Both the position numbers and the translations under genes were made by a program. The notes beneath the pieces are model-generated. The model was not told where the DNA came from. It was given only the letters and a program-made list of their open reading frames with translations, and did no database searches. Positions 5,922-10,886 of a stretch of 10,886 nt of DNA are shown here, piece after piece. The DNA lies in the NCBI GenBank assembly GCA_031367385.1, contig JANLPS010000318.1, forward strand, positions 1-10,886, written 5' to 3'. Position 1 is the stretch's first letter. The number at the start of each line of letters is the position of its first letter. This DNA comes from Archangium sp. Its GTDB lineage: Bacteria > Myxococcota > Myxococcia > Myxococcales > Myxococcaceae.

Positions 5922-8900
5922 TCAGGGCCTCTCGTCGGTCGACATGCCGATGCCCATCATCGGCAAGAAACGCTCCGGCGACTGAATGCCCAGCGCGGTG
6001 GCGACTTCGACGGCCTCCGCGGTGCCCGCGACGTCACGCCCAACCCGCGCCGCCGACCACTGAGCCGCAACCGCATAGCCCTGCATGCCCGCCGTCTTGA
6101 GCTTCTGCTGCGCGTCTCTCAACTGCTCGACCACGGCTCCAACCGGCTTGCGTTCGTACAGCGATCGCGAGGCGCCCAGCAGCGCCGCCAGCCCCGCCGC
6201 ATAGGGCAGCGGCTCCTTCTCAATGACCGCCAGGCTGGCCCGGGCCTCCTTGAACGCGCCGACCGCGAAGCCCGCGCGGGCCCGCAGCGAATTGGCCTCG
6301 ACCCTGACCACCTGCACCCGCAGCAGCAGCGAGCGCTTGAGCGGCGCCCAGTTCTGCTGCACCACGGCCCACGCCTCAACCGCTTTGCCCTCATAGAGCA
6401 GCCGGTTCACCTCGGAGACGAAGAAGTAATACGAGTGCGCCAGGTAGCCGCGGTTCGACCAGCGCCCGATGGCCAGGCTGGCGTGCGACTGGGCGACGTC
6501 GGGTTGGTCGGTCGAGAGCCAGACGCTGTTGATGGTCGAGAGCCGCACGTTCGAGCCAGCGTACAAATCGCCGCGCGCATCGGCGTCGAGCAACAGCCGG
6601 GGCACCGCGGTCTGCAGCGCCTTGAATTCGCCCAGGTAAAAGAGCGTGGCGAGCGAGAAGAAGTCGCAGGAGTCGCGCTCCCAGGTCATGCCAGTGCAGC
6701 GCTCGCGCAGGGTGCTCGCGGCGCGCGAGAGCCACCGGCGGGCCTCGGCCCACTCACCATTTTGAAACGCGATGACGCCGCGCACCAGGGTGGCCAGGCC
6801 CTTGCCCGAGACCTGTTTGGTCAGCCCCTCGGCTTGATCGACCAACGAGATGGCCCGCTCGCGTTGGGTGTGCCCTTCACTGGCGATGAAGGCGGCCTCC
6901 ATCGCGAGGGCCTTGGCGAGGCGCTCGGGGGCTCCGACCTTGAGGGCCAACAGCAGGTTCTGCGTTTGAAAGTTGGCGCCGCGAATCGGGTCGACCATCG
7001 AGAAGCCGTTCGAGGCCGACCAGGTGGCGTCGAGCTTCTGCGCGTTCTCGGCATCGACCGTCGGCTGGAGCGTGAACTTGAGCCCACGAATTCGTAGCCG
7101 TGCGCGGTGCCAGAGCAGGTCGACCAGCGCGCCTTGCGGTGTTCGCGGAGGAGAGAAGCCCACCGCGCTGAGCACGTCGCTCATCAGCTGAATGCCGCGG
7201 TCGATGTGCCCGCTGCGCAGATACTGCTCGGCGGCGCGGCGCTGCAGATCCAACGCGTCGGTGCCGGGCATGCTGGCCGCGCGCAGGTACGCTTGAGCGG
7301 CCTCGGCGCCACGCCCGGCGTTGACCAGGGCCTCACCGAGCTGAACCCAGATGCCTGGCAGCTGCTCACCGGGGCGCCAATCGAGGCTCTGCCGAAAGAA
7401 CCCGGCCGCTCGGTCGAACGCCAGCGCCCGGTTGGCTTTTTCAGCCGCCTGCAGCGCGTAGGTCGCGGCCTTCGGCGTGTTGCCAGCCTCGGCCCAGTGA
7501 AAGCTCAAGCCCTCGACGTCAGGCTGCGACTCGAGCTCGAGCGTCTCGGCCAGTCGCTGGTGGTGCGTCTGGGCGACCTCGGTCGGCAGATGCGCGCGAA
7601 CCGCGGTGCGAATTCGGCCGTGGTACGGCTCGACGTGATCGCTGGCCCGCATGCCGTGGGTGCGAACCAGGTGCGCCGCGCGCAGGCCGTTGAGCACCTT
7701 GGCCCACCGCGCGGGCTCGACGTTGGTGGCGGCCGAGAGCGTGGCCTGAGTCAGCCGGCCCGGCGCGAGGGTGAGAAAAATCACCACCCGTTGCACCTCT
7801 TCTTCGAGCGAGCGCAGCCGCTGCCAAATCGCTTCGTCGAGGTCGATGACCGCCCCCTTGATGTCGGGGTTGACGGTCGCCTGGCGCATCAGCTCGTCGA
7901 TGAAGAGCGGGTGGCCGCTCGACTCGCGGGCGATGGTCTCTATCTGCTCTGCGCTGAGCGTCGTCGACGCGCTCAACGTGCGGGCGAGCTCGGCCGACTC
8001 CGGCGGCGTCAACCGGTTCAAGCGCACGGTGTGCGGTGCATACCCGAGCATGGCCTCGACCTGCAGGTTCCACGCGGTGACCTCGGCCTCACCTTCAGCC
8101 TCGGCGCGAACCGTGGTGAGCCACAGCACCGGCGGCGAGTTGGGAGCCCGCGTCAGCTCCGTCAGCAACGCGAAGCTATCGACCCCCAGCCACTGCAGGT
8201 CGTCAATGAACAAGACCAGGGTGCAGGTCTTGGCGACGCGGTGAAAGAGCTCGCGGCAGGCGGTGAAGAGCTGCTTGCGAAGCTCCTGGGGGTCGGGGGT
8301 CTCGAGCGTAGGTTTGGCCACCGCCGCCAGCGCCACGCTCGTCGACAAGACGGGGAAAGCTTGGGCCAGCAGATACGCGTTGGGCGGCATCAGCGCGGTG
8401 ACCTCCGCTGGCGAGAGCCGACCGAGGTGCACGCTCAAGGCGTCGATGAGCCCGTCGAACCCGTTGTGAGGCACCGCCTCGCGCTCGTAACAGGCGCCGC
8501 GCAGCACCACGACCCCCGGCCGCTTCGAGAGCTCGGCCAGAAATTGGCGCGCCAGCATCGTCTTGCCCAGGCCCGAGGGGGCGATGATGCACGCGTTGAC
8601 CGGCTCCCCGGTGGCGAGCGCGGTGAACGCGGCCTCGAGGCGCTTGAGCTCGCTGCTGCGGCCGACCATCTGGCTCGTGTGCCGCGCGGCGTCTCCACCG
8701 GCGCGGCGCTGCCGGGCTCCGAGGCGGTCGAGCGCTTGCCGGCCGGTCGGGCGCCGGGCGGGGTCAACGTGCAGCAGTTCGGCACACAACCCATCGAGGT
8801 CGCTCGGCACCCGAGGGTTGATGGTGCTGGCGAGCACGGGCACGGTGGTTTGCTTGGCCTCCATCAGCTCGATGGGCGTGCCGACGATCGGCAGCGCGCC

Positions 8901-9626
8901 GGTCATCGCCTCGAACAACATCACGCCCACGCTGTACCAATCGGCCTCGGGGCCGACGGTCAACCCCGCGGCCTGCTCGGGCGCCATGTAGGCGACGGTG
9001 CCGACGATGGTGGCCTCGAACTGGCCCACGCTCACCACCGAGCTGGTCGCCACCCCGTAGTCGAGCAAAACCACCCGGCCCTTCGGCGTGACCAACACAT
9101 TCGACGGCTTGATGTCGCGGTGCACCTTGCCCGCGTCGTGCAAGGCGATCAGCCCGCGCCCCAGCTGCCGAAGCGCGTCGCGCAGTACCTCGGGGTCGAA
9201 CTGCGGAGGCTCCTGCGTCGAGAAGACCGCCTGGTTCGTGGGCCCGGGGCTCGGCGCCGGTGAGGGCAGCCGCTTGGTCGCAGACCATGACTCGGTGCTG
9301 ATCGACGTGCGGGTGGTGCGGCCGGTCACCGACTCGAGAAAGTTGTGACCCTCGAGCAGCTCCATGGTGAAGAACCACTGGCCGCCCTCGGCGTGCAGCT
9401 CGCCCAGGTTCACCAGGTTCGGGTGCTCGAGGTCTTGAAAGTCACGAAATTCGCGCTTGAACGAGAGCAGGCCTTCGGCGCTGAGCGCCTGCAACGTCTT
9501 GAGCGCGACGTGAACGTTTCGCTCGGTGTCGATGGCCTCGTAGACCACGCCCATGCCGCCGACGCCGACGACGCGAACGATGCGAAAACGGTTGGTACCG
9601 CGAAATTGCCGTTCGTTTTCTTGCAC
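5922..9626 (-). CDS. Hanks-type Ser/Thr protein kinase fused to a STAND (AAA_16-like) ATPase and TPR-like helical repeats
   Basis: Kinase motifs: GVGGMGVVY, VALK, HRDIKPSN, DYG (9054-9062), GTVAYMAPE, DWYSVG. ATPase motifs: MVGRSSEL, Walker A APSGLGKT (8559-8582), Walker B VLFIDDLQW, GHPLFI (GxP), and a winged-helix end YHGRIR. An Ala/Leu-rich helical C-terminus follows. The track start (9698) overlaps the divergent gene, so I prefer GTG at 9626 (1234 aa); the start is uncertain. Confidence 0.93.
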   Translation of the reverse strand: MQENERQFRGTNRFRIVRVVGVGGMGVVYEAIDTERNVHVALKTLQALSAEGLLSFKREFRDFQDLEHPNLVNLGELHAEGGQWFFTMELLEGHNFLESVTGRTTRTSISTESWSATKRLPSPAPSPGPTNQAVFSTQEPPQFDPEVLRDALRQLGRGLIALHDAGKVHRDIKPSNVLVTPKGRVVLLDYGVATSSVVSVGQFEATIVGTVAYMAPEQAAGLTVGPEADWYSVGVMLFEAMTGALPIVGTPIELMEAKQTTVPVLASTINPRVPSDLDGLCAELLHVDPARRPTGRQALDRLGARQRRAGGDAARHTSQMVGRSSELKRLEAAFTALATGEPVNACIIAPSGLGKTMLARQFLAELSKRPGVVVLRGACYEREAVPHNGFDGLIDALSVHLGRLSPAEVTALMPPNAYLLAQAFPVLSTSVALAAVAKPTLETPDPQELRKQLFTACRELFHRVAKTCTLVLFIDDLQWLGVDSFALLTELTRAPNSPPVLWLTTVRAEAEGEAEVTAWNLQVEAMLGYAPHTVRLNRLTPPESAELARTLSASTTLSAEQIETIARESSGHPLFIDELMRQATVNPDIKGAVIDLDEAIWQRLRSLEEEVQRVVIFLTLAPGRLTQATLSAATNVEPARWAKVLNGLRAAHLVRTHGMRASDHVEPYHGRIRTAVRAHLPTEVAQTHHQRLAETLELESQPDVEGLSFHWAEAGNTPKAATYALQAAEKANRALAFDRAAGFFRQSLDWRPGEQLPGIWVQLGEALVNAGRGAEAAQAYLRAASMPGTDALDLQRRAAEQYLRSGHIDRGIQLMSDVLSAVGFSPPRTPQGALVDLLWHRARLRIRGLKFTLQPTVDAENAQKLDATWSASNGFSMVDPIRGANFQTQNLLLALKVGAPERLAKALAMEAAFIASEGHTQRERAISLVDQAEGLTKQVSGKGLATLVRGVIAFQNGEWAEARRWLSRAASTLRERCTGMTWERDSCDFFSLATLFYLGEFKALQTAVPRLLLDADARGDLYAGSNVRLSTINSVWLSTDQPDVAQSHASLAIGRWSNRGYLAHSYYFFVSEVNRLLYEGKAVEAWAVVQQNWAPLKRSLLLRVQVVRVEANSLRARAGFAVGAFKEARASLAVIEKEPLPYAAGLAALLGASRSLYERKPVGAVVEQLRDAQQKLKTAGMQGYAVAAQWSAARVGRDVAGTAEAVEVATALGIQSPERFLPMMGIGMSTDERP

Positions 9627-9684
9627 GCCGCGACGATAGTGCTGAAACCTGCAGAACCTTGAATAAACAGAAACGGTTGCCTCC
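9627..9684. promoter_or_regulatory. Short, relatively A-rich divergent intergenic region
   Basis: 58 bp between the proposed kinase start and the methyltransferase start, containing ctgaaacctgcagaaccttgaataaacagaaac, visibly less GC-rich than the flanks. Confidence 0.4.
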
Positions 9685-10365
9685 GTGCCGAATGACAATC
9701 AGGTTTCGCGGGTAGGCCCGCTGACCCTCGCCAAGTGCGTCAGTGGCGCCATCAACGCCGCGCTGTTGACCTTGCTGCCACTGGCTTTCGCGCCTTCGCG
9801 GTTGCTGCACCCGATACCCTGGCTGCTCTTCGCCGCTTCAGCGGTGATTCTGGCCACCCAGCCGCCGCTCAAGCTCAAGGAGATGCTCTCGACCAGCGCC
9901 GAAGGCCGCAGTGGGTTGGGCATCATGGCGTCGGCGGTGCTGGTCACCGCGGCGCCGATCATCGACTTCGGGTACCGCGCCGAGCTGGGCCCCGCGCTCG
10001 ACTCCGGGTGGTTCATCGGGGGCCTCGCGGTGTTGCTGCTGGGCGTGTGGCTGCGGCTGTGGGCGAGTCAGGCGCTCGGGCCGTTCTTCACCGCGGTGGT
10101 CGCGGTGCAGCCGGGCCAGACGGTGGTCGAGCGGGGGCCGTACCGGTTGATTCGCCACCCCTCGTACGCAGGCGCCTTGCTCGCCGCCATCGGGGGCGCG
10201 TTGATCTGCCGCAGCTTCATCGCGCTGGGCCTGAGCGTGCTCGCGATGGTGCCGGCGTACCTGTATCGAATCGCGCGCGAAGAGGCGTGGCTCACCTCGC
10301 AGCTGGGCGAGGCCTACGCGGCGTACAAGACCAAGACCAAGCGGCTGGTGCCGTTTCTGTTCTAA
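9685..10365 (+). CDS. Isoprenylcysteine carboxyl methyltransferase (ICMT/Ste14/PEMT-like) family membrane methyltransferase (226 aa)
   Basis: Multiple TM helices and family motifs 'LRLWASQALGPFFT', 'VVERGPYRLIRHPSYAG', 'RIAREEAWL...LGEAYAAYKTKTKRLVPFLF'. Confidence 0.92.
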   Translation: MPNDNQVSRVGPLTLAKCVSGAINAALLTLLPLAFAPSRLLHPIPWLLFAASAVILATQPPLKLKEMLSTSAEGRSGLGIMASAVLVTAAPIIDFGYRAELGPALDSGWFIGGLAVLLLGVWLRLWASQALGPFFTAVVAVQPGQTVVERGPYRLIRHPSYAGALLAAIGGALICRSFIALGLSVLAMVPAYLYRIAREEAWLTSQLGEAYAAYKTKTKRLVPFLF

Positions 10366-10371
10366 CGCCCA

Positions 10372-10886
10372 ATGCGAATTCTCTTTCTGCACGGCCTCGA
10401 GAGCAGCCCGGCGGGGCCCAAGGTGCAGCACTTGAAGAAGAACCCGCGCTTCGAGCTCTTCGCGCCGCAGCTCGAGACCCGGCAGATCTCCGAGCACCTG
10501 AAACAGGGCGGGGCCGAGGCCGAGCTGCCACCGCTGTTCGAGGCCTCGTATCGCATCGCGGCCGAGGCGCTGGCCCGCTGCGCGCCGCACGTGGTCGTCG
10601 GCTCGTCGTTCGGCGGAGCGCTGGCGGCGATGTTGGCGAGCCGCGAGGTGTGGGCGGGGCCGTTGGTGTTGTTGGCTCCGGCCGCGCGGGTCGAGTACCG
10701 GCTGCCGGCGCGTCATGGCCGGGTGGTGGTGCTGCATGGGCGACAAGACGACACGGTGCCAGTCGAAGGGTCGCTGCGGCTCGCGTCGCGCAGCGCGGCC
10801 GAGGTGATGCTGTGGCTGGTCGATGATGATCACCGGCTCACCACCTCGCTCAGAGACGGGTTGATCGACCGCGCGATCGAAATCAA
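10372..10886 (+). CDS. Alpha/beta hydrolase (YqiA/YcfP-like small esterase), 3'-truncated by the window edge
   Basis: Not in the ORF track. Manual translation from ATG 10372 is open to the end: MRILFLHGLESSPAGPKVQHL...VVVGSSFGGALA...LVLLAPA...VVVLHGRQDDTVP...WLVDDDHRL. It shows the HG oxyanion motif, the GxSxG nucleophile (10600-10614), and catalytic Asp and His candidates. It starts 6 nt after the ICMT stop. Confidence 0.92.
   Translation, partial: MRILFLHGLESSPAGPKVQHLKKNPRFELFAPQLETRQISEHLKQGGAEAELPPLFEASYRIAAEALARCAPHVVVGSSFGGALAAMLASREVWAGPLVLLAPAARVEYRLPARHGRVVVLHGRQDDTVPVEGSLRLASRSAAEVMLWLVDDDHRLTTSLRDGLIDRAIEI

Noticed and set aside
5841..7097. 418-aa plus-strand ORF starting 3 nt after the SUKH-like gene stop, which looks like a fourth operon gene
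   Set aside because: It is codon-aligned antisense to the kinase gene, Arg/Gly/Ala-rich with no motifs and no clear RBS, as expected for a high-GC shadow ORF.
7107..9263. 718-aa plus-strand ORF
   Set aside because: Same antisense register as above, lying wholly opposite the well-supported kinase-STAND gene, with no recognisable domain.
9735..10833. Long alternative ORFs 9735..10826 (+) and 9838..10833 (-)
   Set aside because: They overlap the motif-supported ICMT and hydrolase genes in other frames and have low-complexity Arg/Gly/Ala composition.
1..10886. CRISPR array, tRNA/rRNA, IS element or prophage genes
   Set aside because: The window is almost fully protein-coding, with no regularly spaced DNA repeats, terminal inverted repeats, or transposase/integrase motifs seen. 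Frequent CTCGAG/GTCGAC hexamers reflect Leu-Glu and Val-Asp codon usage.

Overview
GC-rich bacterial DNA whose gene content (DAG-linker lipoprotein, Ser/Thr kinase-STAND ATPase-TPR fusion, multi-PilZ protein) suggests Myxococcota; the taxonomy is an inference. Eight protein-coding genes tile the window. From left to right: a truncated GNAT acetyltransferase (minus strand, missing from the ORF track); a lipoprotein with DAG repeats and a predicted 8-bladed beta-propeller (minus); a divergent plus-strand trio made of an 814-aa pseudo-receiver/PilZ/YcgR-N-like/PilZ/putative GNAT-fold protein, a 4-TM membrane protein and an SMI1/KNR4 (SUKH)-like protein with a zinc ribbon; a convergent kinase-STAND-TPR gene (minus); and a divergent pair of an ICMT-family methyltransferase and a truncated alpha/beta hydrolase (the latter missing from the ORF track). 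I saw no RNA genes, CRISPR arrays or mobile elements. The best leads are the putative c-di-GMP-controlled acyltransferase tightly linked to an orphan SUKH-like gene, an HD-to-HG change in the STAND sensor motif, and a predicted disulfide-stapled propeller. All domain calls come from reading motifs by eye, with no database searches, so novelty is untested.
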